A stretch of DNA of 29,197 bases from Methanothrix sp. (GCA_040770465.1 JAXGJB010000037.1:1-29197); one strand, 5' to 3'; numbered from the stretch's first letter, positions 19,220-28,666 are shown. A program made the numbers and translations. Notes: generated by a model from the letters alone, not told the origin.

Positions 19220-19963
19220 TTGGATACACGATCGCCCTCCTCTTCTGAGCTCTTGAGCATATGGGAGCGGGGACAGGCTGAGACACAGTTGCGGCGCGGT
19301 CTTATGCTCTTGGGCGCGTTTTGCCCAAAAGAAACACCTGACGAGCTGGCCCGCCTGCCAATAGGTCGACGCGACGACCTGTTGCTGTCCCTGCGAGAAC
19401 AGATCTTTGGCCCAAAATTTTCAGGGCTTGCCACGTGTCCCAGATGCGGCCAAAGGCTGGAGATGAGCTTCAGCTCGGAGGAGATCCGAGCAATGCCCAG
19501 GGCTGAGGCTGAGCCCCAAGATCTCTCGGTCAGCATAGGCGAGTATGTGGTCGACTTTAGATTGGCCAACTCCCTGGATTTGATGGCGATCTCCGATCTG
19601 AAAGACTTGGATAGAGCCACTCAAGTCCTGATAGAGCGCTGCCTTCTTGGGGCCAACCATAAGGGTGAGAGAATATCCGTCGACGCGCTTCCAGAGAACG
19701 TTATTGAGGCGGCACTGAAACGGATGAACGAGTGCGATCCGCAGGCAGATATCCAGCTAAATCTCTCCTGTCCGGAATGCGAGCATAAATGGCAGGCGGC
19801 CTTTGACATTTTATCTTTTTTGTGGAGGGAGATAGAAGCCTGGGCCCTTCATACACTTCAAGAGGTCCATATCCTGGCCTCAGCTTACGGCTGGAGCGAA
19901 GCTGAGATTCTGTCCATAAGCAGCCTCAGAAGGCGTGCTTATCTTGAGCTGGTGAGCCAATGA
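19220..19963 (+). CDS. CIS baseplate-hub / tail-assembly-chaperone-like protein with two CxxC motifs
   Basis: CPRC and CPEC, LPIGRRDDLLL, DPQAD, C-terminal EVHILASAYGWSEAEIL. Located directly after the tube gene. Confidence 0.7.
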   Translation: MDTRSPSSSELLSIWERGQAETQLRRGLMLLGAFCPKETPDELARLPIGRRDDLLLSLREQIFGPKFSGLATCPRCGQRLEMSFSSEEIRAMPRAEAEPQDLSVSIGEYVVDFRLANSLDLMAISDLKDLDRATQVLIERCLLGANHKGERISVDALPENVIEAALKRMNECDPQADIQLNLSCPECEHKWQAAFDILSFLWREIEAWALHTLQEVHILASAYGWSEAEILSISSLRRRAYLELVSQ

Positions 19964-21321
19964 ACCATTATCTCAAAAATGTTGTGGCAAGGAATCTCCA
20001 TCAGACGAATGTAATCCAGCCTCGTTTGACTTCGCGCTTTGAAGCTGAGACACATTATATTCCGCCCTCGAGTGACTGGAGAAGTTCAAACCTGGGCAAC
20101 ATGCGTTCAAATGCGAGAGATGGTGTTGATCAAGGTCGTCATTCAAATAATTCCGTCTTCGTGGAAGGAGACCCGGACTTTCCTTCCCGTCGAGCTCCGG
20201 CTGAAACCCAAGGAGCCTTAACTGCAAGCCAGCAGAGCAAGAAGAACAGAGACCAGCCAACGTCTGAAGCCGCTAACATCTCTTTATTACGGGGGCAAAC
20301 CCAGACCACCATGCCGGACCAGATAGAGACCCTTCACGAATCTGCATCTGTGCCGGAAGAAACAGCATCCGACCGACTATCTAGTGCCTGGTCTTCTGGT
20401 GGGGCAAGCGATAGAAAGTTCAAAAAAGATAGTAAGGTTATGGATAGAGATCAGCCGGAATATCAGCTCTCTCCGGAACAATCTATGATTTTTTGTCCGA
20501 TTGATGAAATACAGAATATAAGCGAGCTAAGCGAGCCGATCTATGAGCGAAAGCCGATACGAGATAAATTACCTGGACAGCGGTATGAAAAAAATATTCC
20601 ACTCGCATCCGGTGAAGCAGAGCCAGATAACCGGATCTATGGGAGCAAGCCAATAGGAGATGAATTGGATGGCGGGAGGTCAGAAAAAAATATTCCACTC
20701 GCATCCGGTGAAGCAGAGCCAGATAACCGGATCTATGGGAGCAAGCCAATAGGAGATGAATTGGATGGCGGGAGGTCAGAAAAAAAAGTTCCACTCGCAT
20801 CCGGGGAAGAAGAGTTGGGGGAGCCGATCTATGGGCATAAGCCGATAGACCATAAATCGGAGGACAAGCGGTCAGAAAAAAATGCTATTCGTGCATCCGG
20901 GCAAGAAAACCGGGGATCGATGGAAAAGAAGGAAGGTCTCAAGGCATTGGACCGACCGCAACCCGGTCCCGAAGAAGAAATCGTCCCCTCAACTGTTGTT
21001 GAAGAAGATAATAACGGTATCCTCAGGGAATATGGAATCAGGCATAAATCCGGCGAGCCGATTATGAAAGATCCATTGAAGACGCTTGTATCCTCAGGAA
21101 TGATAGGTGCTCGGCCTCATATCAAGAGCTATTTTGGACCACAAGAAAATGAAGCATCCCATGACGTGGCAAAACCAAAGACGGATCCCCCAGTTATAGT
21201 AACCATCGGCCGCATCGAAATAAGAGCAAACTCGGAGGTGGCCGCGCCTCAAAGAAGACGGACCGTTCCTCCGGCTATGAGTCTGGAAGATTATCTGAAA
21301 AATAAGAGAGGACGCTTATGA
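19960..21321 (+). CDS. CIS-associated, largely disordered protein with internal 32-aa repeats
   Basis: ATGA overlaps on both sides. C-terminal VIVTIGRIEIRA...MSLEDYL motif, as recalled from proteins upstream of DUF4255 in CIS loci. Confidence 0.7.
   Translation: MNHYLKNVVARNLHQTNVIQPRLTSRFEAETHYIPPSSDWRSSNLGNMRSNARDGVDQGRHSNNSVFVEGDPDFPSRRAPAETQGALTASQQSKKNRDQPTSEAANISLLRGQTQTTMPDQIETLHESASVPEETASDRLSSAWSSGGASDRKFKKDSKVMDRDQPEYQLSPEQSMIFCPIDEIQNISELSEPIYERKPIRDKLPGQRYEKNIPLASGEAEPDNRIYGSKPIGDELDGGRSEKNIPLASGEAEPDNRIYGSKPIGDELDGGRSEKKVPLASGEEELGEPIYGHKPIDHKSEDKRSEKNAIRASGQENRGSMEKKEGLKALDRPQPGPEEEIVPSTVVEEDNNGILREYGIRHKSGEPIMKDPLKTLVSSGMIGARPHIKSYFGPQENEASHDVAKPKTDPPVIVTIGRIEIRANSEVAAPQRRRTVPPAMSLEDYLKNKRGRL
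20587..20910 (+). repeat. In-frame 96-bp tandem repeat (two identical copies plus degenerate copies)
   Basis: Units start at 20587, 20683, 20779 and 20875 (partial). Unit encodes EKNIPLASGEAEPDNRIYGSKPIGDELDGGRS; a degenerate unit also precedes 20587. Confidence 0.9.
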
Positions 21322-22613
21322 GCAACTCGTTGGCCATCGAAGCCGTCACCTCTGCTTTACGCAAGCTGCTCGAGGATGGGACCAAATTGATGGACACCGG
21401 AGATCAGGACCCGGAATTGACGGACCTGGAGGTGACGACCCAGCCGCCTGATCGAGCAAGAAACACCAGGACCAACAACCAGATCAACCTCTTCCTCTAC
21501 CAGACGGCGGTCAATGCTGCCCTTCGCAATATGGATATGCCGCGACAGGTGCGGTCCGGGGAGTCCAGCTTTCCTCCACTAGCCCTGAACCTCTATTATC
21601 TGATCACAGCTTACGGCAGGAACAATGAAGACACCCTCAGCCACCGTCTCCTGGGAAGAGCCATGCGGATACTCCACGACCATTCCGTTCTCGCGGCCTC
21701 CGACCTGCTCAGCCCGACGGAGATTCGGGACCTGTTCTCTGAGAGCGGTCTGGACCTGCAGCCAGAGCGCGTCCGGCTGACGCCCACGCCCATGACTCTG
21801 GATGAGATGTCCAAGCTTTGGATGATCTTTCAGACCCAGTATCGCATCTCGGCGGCGTATCAGGCTGCGGTTCTCCTCATAGAGAGCACAAGACCGGTGA
21901 AGTCGAGTCTTCCGGTCTTGAAACGCGGCAGCGAGGATCGAGGTCCAGATGTCGTTTCATCGCCATCGCCTTTGCTGAACGAGGTGCTGCCGCCCAACTC
22001 TCAGCCCGGAGCACGACTGGGTGATGATCTGATCCTCAAAGGAAGCCATCTGGACGTCCAGGGGCTCATGGTTCGCTTCAGCAGCTTGCGCCTGGATGAT
22101 TACATCGAGATCGAGCCTCTGCAGAACGGGAATGCCGATCAGATAAGGAATGCCGGTCAGATAACGGTCCATCTGGACGATCAGGTCGAGGACCCTGGAG
22201 CCATGGCCAGATGGGTTCCGGGTTTCTATACCGTGTCGCTGGTCATCAGAAGGCCGGATATGCCAGCCTGGACCTCCAACGAAGTTCCATTTGCCCTGGC
22301 TCCAACGATCGAAATATCGCCGAATACAGGTACCGAAGGTGACCTTTCTCTGACGGTCACGTCTTCTCCGAGGATAAGAGATGGTCAGCGGATCATCCTG
22401 CTCTTCGGCGAATCACAGGTGAAAGTTCAGACCGTCATCAATCCGGCTGATGAGTCTCTTCCAACCACCCTCAATTTCATCGTCCCTGACGTCAAGACGG
22501 GCTCGTACCTGGTGCGCCTGCGGATAGATGGGGCTGACAGCCTTCCTGTCATTCGAACAGGAACGCCGCCCGAGCTGGAGTTTGACCCCAGCCAGAAGGT
22601 GACCATCACATGA
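21318..22613 (+). CDS. DUF4255 / Pvc16-Afp16-like cap protein with C-terminal Ig/IPT-like domains
   Basis: MSNSLAIEAVT, QINLFLYQ...NAALRN, PPLALNLYYLITAY, LLGRAMRILHD, SKLW...YRISAAY; beta-rich C-terminal half. Confidence 0.85.
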   Translation: MSNSLAIEAVTSALRKLLEDGTKLMDTGDQDPELTDLEVTTQPPDRARNTRTNNQINLFLYQTAVNAALRNMDMPRQVRSGESSFPPLALNLYYLITAYGRNNEDTLSHRLLGRAMRILHDHSVLAASDLLSPTEIRDLFSESGLDLQPERVRLTPTPMTLDEMSKLWMIFQTQYRISAAYQAAVLLIESTRPVKSSLPVLKRGSEDRGPDVVSSPSPLLNEVLPPNSQPGARLGDDLILKGSHLDVQGLMVRFSSLRLDDYIEIEPLQNGNADQIRNAGQITVHLDDQVEDPGAMARWVPGFYTVSLVIRRPDMPAWTSNEVPFALAPTIEISPNTGTEGDLSLTVTSSPRIRDGQRIILLFGESQVKVQTVINPADESLPTTLNFIVPDVKTGSYLVRLRIDGADSLPVIRTGTPPELEFDPSQKVTIT

Positions 22614-24727
22614 GCGATCTGTCGGACTGGCAGAAGGGAAACGACGAGTATCTCACAGCTGCTTTGGCCTGGTTGAGGCTGATGCTGGAGCTGCTCGACT
22701 CAGAGGACGTATCTCCGGCAGATCCAGTCGTGAATGTTCAGCCTTCCCCACCCCCGTCTGCCGGAGGATTGGATCGTGAAGATAGAACCTGGATAAGCCG
22801 GATAAGGGGTAAGTCCTCCCCGAGACCGTCTTCAGAGCATGTAAAAGTGGCGCAGCCCAGGTCGGATATTGAGGAGAGGGTGGCCGAAGCCAAGGCATCC
22901 GTAAAAGAGGCAGAGAAGCTGGATCCTCCGCCAGCTCTTCTCATACTGAGCCAGCGTTTCGGGCTCTCCCGTTTCGAGAGGGAGCTTCTGCTCCTATGTG
23001 CCGCCCAACAGCTGGATACGCGGATCCCGGCCCTCTGCGCCCGGGCACAGAGGGACCCGGCGCTCAACTACCCCACATTGGCCCTTGCCTTCACCCTATT
23101 GGATGAGCCTGCCTGGGATGTCATCTCTCCCGAGAGGCAGCTGCGTTACTGGAAGATGCTGGAGATCGACCAGTCGTCGGGACAGCCCATGATATCCAGT
23201 CCGCTGCATCTGGATCAGAGGATATTGGACTATATCAAGGGGCTTAATTACTCAGACGTTCGGCTGGCTCCGATGTTAAGCCCGCTGGACGTCGCACCTG
23301 GCGAGACGCGGCTTACGCCTTCTCAGCAAAGAGTAGCAGACAAGATCGTGAGCTACATGGAACAGTTCTCAGGATCGATATCTCTGCCCGTCATTCAGCT
23401 GCTCGGCCCCGATAAGTACAGCAAGCAGCTCATCGCTTCCCATGCGGCACAGAGTCTCGGCCTTCATCTCTACCGTATGCCGGCTGATCTTCTGCCAGCA
23501 AGCGCCGTCGATCTTGATGACCTGGCGATCCTCTGGGAGAGAGAACGTTTCCTTCTTCCCGTTTGCCTGTACCTGGACGCGGTTGAAGACGGCACGGGCC
23601 CTGAAGGGCACACTGCATCTTTGAACCGCTTCTTGGCCCGCAGCCACGGCGTCTTCTTTCTTGATACGAGGGAGCCATTGCCCGGTTTGGCCAGAGCCGA
23701 CGCCTTCGATGTGATGAAGCCGACCACAGACGAGCAGGAGGAGGCATGGGCTGAGGCTCTGGGAGAGGATGCCGGGGAGAGCCCGGGACGTTTGGCGGGG
23801 CAGTTCAACCTGGATCTGTCGATGATAAGGCAGATCGCAACCAACTCATTTGCAGAAAGAGATGATGAACACGACCTTCACGATCGACTCTGGAAGAACT
23901 GTCTCGTCAGCACGAGGCCTAGGCTGGACGTTCTGGCAAAGCGGCTCGACCCCAAGGCCACCTGGGAGGAGATCGTCCTCTCACCCACCGAGATCAATCT
24001 CCTGCGGCAGATCGCATCCCAGGTCAGAAACCGCAGAAAGGTCTACGATGAAGGCGGGTTCCGGCGGAGGATGAACCGGGGCCTGGGGATCGGAGTATTA
24101 TTCGCTGGAGAGAGCGGCACCGGAAAGACGATGGCCGCGGAGGTGATCGCCAATGAGCTGCAGATGAACCTCTACCGGATCGACCTCTCCCAGGTTGTCA
24201 GCAAATACATCGGCGAGACGGAGAAGAACCTCTCTCGGCTCTTCGATGCTGCCGAGGACGGAGGAGCCATCCTCTTCTTCGACGAGGCCGAAGCCCTCTT
24301 CGGCAAACGTAGCGAGGTGAAGGACAGCCACGATCGATATGCCAATATCGAGATCAACTACCTTCTTCAACGCATGGAGTCCTTCCGGGGCCTGGCCATC
24401 CTCGCCACCAACATGAAGAGCGCCCTGGACCCGGCCTTCGTTCGCCGGCTGAGGTTCATCGTCGACTTCCCCTATCCCGGCCCTGAGGAGCGAAAGAACA
24501 TCTGGCTGAAGGTCTTCCCGCCGGAGACCCGGGTGGAGGGCCTCGACTACGATCGCCTGGCTAAGCTGAACCTCACCGGTGGCAGCATCCACAACATCGC
24601 CCTGAACGCGGCCTTCCTGGCGGCCGAGGCAAAAACGCCGGTCACCATGCAGCTGGTTTTGGATGCCGCCAGAACGGAGTTTCGCAAGTCCGAGAAGCCT
24701 GTCATAGAGGGAGACTTCAAGGCCTGA
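22610..24727 (+). CDS. Afp15/Pvc15-like AAA+ ATPase
   Basis: FGLSRFE..LLLLC, GESGTGKT, RIDLSQVVSKYIGETEKNL, LFFDEAEALFGKRSEVKDSHDRYAN, LATN, DPAFVRRL. Confidence 0.92.
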   Translation: MSDLSDWQKGNDEYLTAALAWLRLMLELLDSEDVSPADPVVNVQPSPPPSAGGLDREDRTWISRIRGKSSPRPSSEHVKVAQPRSDIEERVAEAKASVKEAEKLDPPPALLILSQRFGLSRFERELLLLCAAQQLDTRIPALCARAQRDPALNYPTLALAFTLLDEPAWDVISPERQLRYWKMLEIDQSSGQPMISSPLHLDQRILDYIKGLNYSDVRLAPMLSPLDVAPGETRLTPSQQRVADKIVSYMEQFSGSISLPVIQLLGPDKYSKQLIASHAAQSLGLHLYRMPADLLPASAVDLDDLAILWERERFLLPVCLYLDAVEDGTGPEGHTASLNRFLARSHGVFFLDTREPLPGLARADAFDVMKPTTDEQEEAWAEALGEDAGESPGRLAGQFNLDLSMIRQIATNSFAERDDEHDLHDRLWKNCLVSTRPRLDVLAKRLDPKATWEEIVLSPTEINLLRQIASQVRNRRKVYDEGGFRRRMNRGLGIGVLFAGESGTGKTMAAEVIANELQMNLYRIDLSQVVSKYIGETEKNLSRLFDAAEDGGAILFFDEAEALFGKRSEVKDSHDRYANIEINYLLQRMESFRGLAILATNMKSALDPAFVRRLRFIVDFPYPGPEERKNIWLKVFPPETRVEGLDYDRLAKLNLTGGSIHNIALNAAFLAAEAKTPVTMQLVLDAARTEFRKSEKPVIEGDFKA

Positions 24728-24748
24728 AAGAAAAATCGAGAGAATTTC

Positions 24749-25000
24749 ATGATAAAGGTTCATATCGAGAGGCTGGTGCTGGATGGGCTGCCCGTCACCC
24801 GCGCCCAGGGGCCGCTGGTTCAGGCTGCAGTGGAGGCGGAGCTCTCGAGGCTGCTCTCCGAAGGCGGCCTTGGGCATGAGCTGGCAGCTGGAGGAGCGGT
24901 GCCGTCGGTGAGGGCGGATAGTATTAATTCGGCGGGAAAGAGCCCGGCCGAGATCGGCACGCAGATTGCGAAGTCAGTGTACGGAGGAATAGGGAGATGA
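24749..25000 (+). CDS. Small CIS-associated hypothetical protein (83 aa)
   Basis: [12 protein letters not shown]...[10 protein letters not shown]...[15 protein letters not shown]-coupled to the first DUF4157 gene. Confidence 0.75.
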   Translation: MIKVHIERLVLDGLPVTRAQGPLVQAAVEAELSRLLSEGGLGHELAAGGAVPSVRADSINSAGKSPAEIGTQIAKSVYGGIGR

Positions 25001-26649
25001 GCCAGATGGCGGCCGCTCAGGCCAGAAAGCCGGTGCAAAGCGCTCCGGCATCAACCGGGGGAGTTTTGCAGCGGAGATGCCGCAAGAAGAAGCCGCGGCT
25101 GCAGCGTGCGGCCGCTGGTCCCGCTCGGGAGACCGTGCCGCCAATTGTTCACGAGGTGCTGCGTTCGCCTGGCCAGCCGCTCGATGCGGCGACGCGAGAG
25201 TTTATGGAGCCGCGCTTCAGCCACGATTTCAGCACAGTGCAAACCCACGCCCGTACCCCTCCTGCCCCAGTGCCGGGGCGCTTAGCCGTCGTTGGGCCAT
25301 ACGGTCAGTATGAACACGAGGCAGACACCGTTGCCGGGCAGATAACCCATCTGCCTGACCCCCAATCTAAAGGCCGCTATGACTTCAGCGTTGTCCGCAT
25401 TCACACTGACGACCGGGCCAGTGAAGCAGCCCGGCTCATGAACGCCCACGCCTTCACTGTGGGTCACCATATTGTCTTTGACCCAAACCAGTACGCTCCA
25501 CATACCCCTACCGGACGCCACCTTTTGGCTCACGAATTGACCCACGTAGTCCAGCAGACCGGCGGCAACCCGGCTCAGCCCTCGCTTGTCGCCCAGCGCC
25601 TGACCAGCCCGCGCCTCCAGGGAAGATGGCGCCTGGACCGGGTGACGCCTGACATAGGCCCGGATAACTCTTTCACCAATGAAAATGGAACCACCCAGAG
25701 TATGGCCTTAGTCACTGGTATGGGCGCTACGGTAACCGGAAGTGCCAGAGCCTGGCAAGAGCAGGGCTGGGTGCGGACTGAGGTGGGCGGCGAAGCCCAA
25801 GTCTCTCGCCGACTGAGCATGCATTATATCTTCAGAAACGATGGCCAGGACAGCCACTTTATGCAACTGAGAATTACTGGCGACATCGACGGAACCGCCA
25901 AGGCTGAGGACAGGATGCACGCCAAAGCCTATGGCGTCACCTGGGGCCGAATTGCCGAAAGAACTGCAGCTAATCCAACACCGCCCTACCAGGAACTGTT
26001 TCGGCCCAAAACTGCCGGGGGCGTCTCAGCGGCGACGCTCCGCGGCCTGGGCAGAGTCGAACTTGAAATCCCGGTTGGTGAGGTCGGGTCGGCCCGGCTC
26101 ACCTTCAATATCACAACCGTGGACGAGGGAGACTTTGCCGGTTTTGCCGAACCGCTATCCACCGCCCATGATGTGTCCAACACGGTGGATGAGGTCGATG
26201 TGTTCATCGGTTCACACATCTATGCCGACGCCGACATCGCGTCTTCCTACGCCATAGTCGCCATGCCTGATGAGAACTACGCCCGAGCTGCGGCCCAATT
26301 TTTGCTCCGCTGGGAAAGTCGCCCCTCTCCGGAGCCTAGAACAGGGGAAACGGAACCAGAGCGTTCTGAGGCCACCGTTCCTGGAACTCAGGAACGGCCT
26401 TCACCGGCCACGGGAACATCATCATCGACGGCAGCTCGTAGAAGATACCAATGTACTGCTTGGTGTAGTGAGGTGTGCAATGGCGAAACGGTACGCAGAG
26501 TAGAAGGCAGATCCAACATTAACTGCGGAGAGGCGACGCGAAGAGCCAAGGACGCAGCGCGTAGAGGCTGTTATCCTCGCCATTGCAATTGCAGAGATAC
26601 CGAAGGCTTCAGAGGCGACGGCCATGATTGTGAGAGCCACACCCGATGA
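24997..26649 (+). CDS. DUF4157 (eCIS core) cargo protein 1 with unknown central domain and Cys-rich C-terminus
   Basis: GQPLD...[45 protein letters not shown] (HExxH). Confidence 0.88.
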   Translation: MSQMAAAQARKPVQSAPASTGGVLQRRCRKKKPRLQRAAAGPARETVPPIVHEVLRSPGQPLDAATREFMEPRFSHDFSTVQTHARTPPAPVPGRLAVVGPYGQYEHEADTVAGQITHLPDPQSKGRYDFSVVRIHTDDRASEAARLMNAHAFTVGHHIVFDPNQYAPHTPTGRHLLAHELTHVVQQTGGNPAQPSLVAQRLTSPRLQGRWRLDRVTPDIGPDNSFTNENGTTQSMALVTGMGATVTGSARAWQEQGWVRTEVGGEAQVSRRLSMHYIFRNDGQDSHFMQLRITGDIDGTAKAEDRMHAKAYGVTWGRIAERTAANPTPPYQELFRPKTAGGVSAATLRGLGRVELEIPVGEVGSARLTFNITTVDEGDFAGFAEPLSTAHDVSNTVDEVDVFIGSHIYADADIASSYAIVAMPDENYARAAAQFLLRWESRPSPEPRTGETEPERSEATVPGTQERPSPATGTSSSTAARRRYQCTAWCSEVCNGETVRRVEGRSNINCGEATRRAKDAARRGCYPRHCNCRDTEGFRGDGHDCESHTR

Positions 26650-26724
26650 CGGCCACACCAGTCACCCCCAAAAGTCTTAGAAGACCATCGTGGAAGCTGA
26701 CTGCCGCCTGTAAAGAGAATGATT

Positions 26725-26957
26725 ATGGATATTAGGGTGGATATCTAGCGCTAGTGTTGCAAGGGCTCCCTTTGGGGAGACTGGAGTAGCAGTGGAGGCA
26801 AAAATGATGCGATTGCTTGCCGAGGGATGGCTGGGCCAGGAGTTGGCTTCGGGCTAAGCGGTGCCTTCGGTACGGCCCATAAAAATCAGACTTGACGGAT
26901 ATAGCCCGGTCAAGATGGGCGGCGGATAGTTAGATCGGTTATGGTATGAGAAGATGA
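26725..26957 (+). pseudogene. Decayed paralog of the small gene 24749..25000
   Basis: 26792-26875 translates VEAKMMRLLAEGWLGQELASG*AVPSVR versus [28 protein letters not shown] (20/28 identical). Start reads MDIRVDI*R/LVLQGLP. Stops at 26746 and 26855 plus frameshifts. Confidence 0.8.
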
Positions 26958-28660
26958 GCCAGATGGCAGCTGCTCAAGCCAGAAAGCCGGTGCAAAGCGC
27001 TCCGGCATCAACGGGGGGAGTTTTGCAGCGGAAATGCCGCAAGAAGAAGCCGCTGCTGCAGCGTTCAGCCGCTGGCTCTGTTCGGGTGACCGTGCCGCCC
27101 ATCGTCCACGAGGTGCTCCGCCTGCCAGGGCAGCCGCTTGACCAAGAGACGCGAGCCTTCATGGAGCCGCGATTTGGGCATGACTTCAGCCGTGTGCGGG
27201 TGCACACGGACGCCAGGGCGGCGGAGTCGGCGCGGGCGGTGAATGCACTCGCATATACGGTGGGGAAGGATGTAGTCTTTGGGACAGGAAAATATACGCC
27301 TGAGACGAGCAAGGGGCAACGACTACTGGCACATGAGCTGACACACGTTGTGCAACAGCAGCCTGGCAGCAATAGTCTGCAAAGCAGTCTTCCTATCTAT
27401 AAAAAAGAGAACGTCTATGACCGCGAAGCTGACCAGGTTGCCCACCAAGTGATGTATATAAATACAGAAGGAGTGCCTCACATAAGCTCTATTCCAGAAA
27501 CGGTTCAGCGCGCCTGCGGCCCGGTGGCAATTGACGAGCCCACGGGCTGCACGCCCTTTGACAGCGATGTGAGCGGCTCCAGGTACTTATTCAATGTCAA
27601 TTGTGATGAATTTGCGCGCGGAAATGAAGAAGACTTGAGAATTGATGCGCGCCGCATAGAGTCAGGCGAGACGGTTGAGATTCACGGGCTTGCCAGCATC
27701 GATGGGAATCCCACGTTCAATCTACATCTTTCATGCGCCCGAGCTTTGCGAGCAAAGGCGGTCATCGAGGCCGCGCTGGCTGAGCGTGGCGTCTCGGCCA
27801 CCATCTTGGTTTTCAATCACGGAGGGACCATAGGAGAAGCAACACAGCAGCGCAGCGTCATTGTTTCAAGAACAACTCCCCAGCCAGCTGAGCGTACCGT
27901 CTGTGGACCTGACGCAACAAACTGGTTTATTCGGCAAGTAAATGCCGCAAAAACGGATGCGACGATTCTTGCCCTGCAAGCCAGACTGGCAGGGGCAGAG
28001 AGAGTCGCCCGTAGGTATGGTTTCTCGGCAGAGGCCATCGCTGAGGGCGCAGTGGCGCGTCGGGTTCTAGCTGAAGAAGCACGCGCCGGATCGCCCACCC
28101 GTACAGCTGAAGCTAGTTCACAACTTGCTGCCTCCGTACCAGGGCAGCAGGCTTTTTCGAGGGCGTTGGTCGCTGCTACTGTGCCCATTGTCGGCGCTCC
28201 TGAGGCCCTGGTGCTGGCAGCGGTTCGCGGCGCTGCGCTCACCTGGAAGGGACTCGTTGAGACGGGCGCGAAATACGACTTCAAGAACGATTCAAGAACC
28301 ATGCAGTCTCCGACTTCGGAGCACTGCCCAATTAATTGTGCCAACACCATCACTTTGTGTCCCAGTTCTGTATCAGACTGCTTCGTCGCAGATGTTCCTG
28401 GCAACCTGTTTTATGCTCATATTGGGCGCTTTGTCGGATGGACTGAACTGGCACTGAAGCTCGGATCGCAGTTTGCCCAGCTTGACTCCAACGCCAGATG
28501 GGATCCTCCAGAAGACACACGCATGATCAATCTGGGTTTTGCCCTGCCGGATCCACTAAACCGTTCTGATTTATGCTCTATAATCAATGCCAACCGGTCG
28601 ATCTTCACACCGCGAGAATGCGCCAATTGCGATGAAGAAACGACGGCAGCGGTTGTATAG
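26954..28660 (+). CDS. DUF4157 cargo protein 2: DUF4157 + OmpA-like + Ntox44-like toxin domain
   Basis: [23 protein letters not shown]; VEIHGLASIDG...NLHLSCARA (OmpA-like); WKGLVETGAKYDFK...DVPGNLFYAHIG..VG...GSQFAQ...WDPPED..MINLG (Ntox44-like). Confidence 0.85.
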   Translation: MSQMAAAQARKPVQSAPASTGGVLQRKCRKKKPLLQRSAAGSVRVTVPPIVHEVLRLPGQPLDQETRAFMEPRFGHDFSRVRVHTDARAAESARAVNALAYTVGKDVVFGTGKYTPETSKGQRLLAHELTHVVQQQPGSNSLQSSLPIYKKENVYDREADQVAHQVMYINTEGVPHISSIPETVQRACGPVAIDEPTGCTPFDSDVSGSRYLFNVNCDEFARGNEEDLRIDARRIESGETVEIHGLASIDGNPTFNLHLSCARALRAKAVIEAALAERGVSATILVFNHGGTIGEATQQRSVIVSRTTPQPAERTVCGPDATNWFIRQVNAAKTDATILALQARLAGAERVARRYGFSAEAIAEGAVARRVLAEEARAGSPTRTAEASSQLAASVPGQQAFSRALVAATVPIVGAPEALVLAAVRGAALTWKGLVETGAKYDFKNDSRTMQSPTSEHCPINCANTITLCPSSVSDCFVADVPGNLFYAHIGRFVGWTELALKLGSQFAQLDSNARWDPPEDTRMINLGFALPDPLNRSDLCSIINANRSIFTPRECANCDEETTAAVV

Positions 28661-28666
28661 GAGGAA

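Noticed and set aside
20587-20910. CRISPR array
   Set aside because: Contiguous 96-bp in-frame coding units with no unique spacers and no cas genes.
17133-24727. Prophage tail region or T6SS
   Set aside because: No capsid, portal, terminase, integrase or TssJLM/TssBC genes in the window; DUF4255, Afp15-like ATPase and DUF4157 indicate eCIS.
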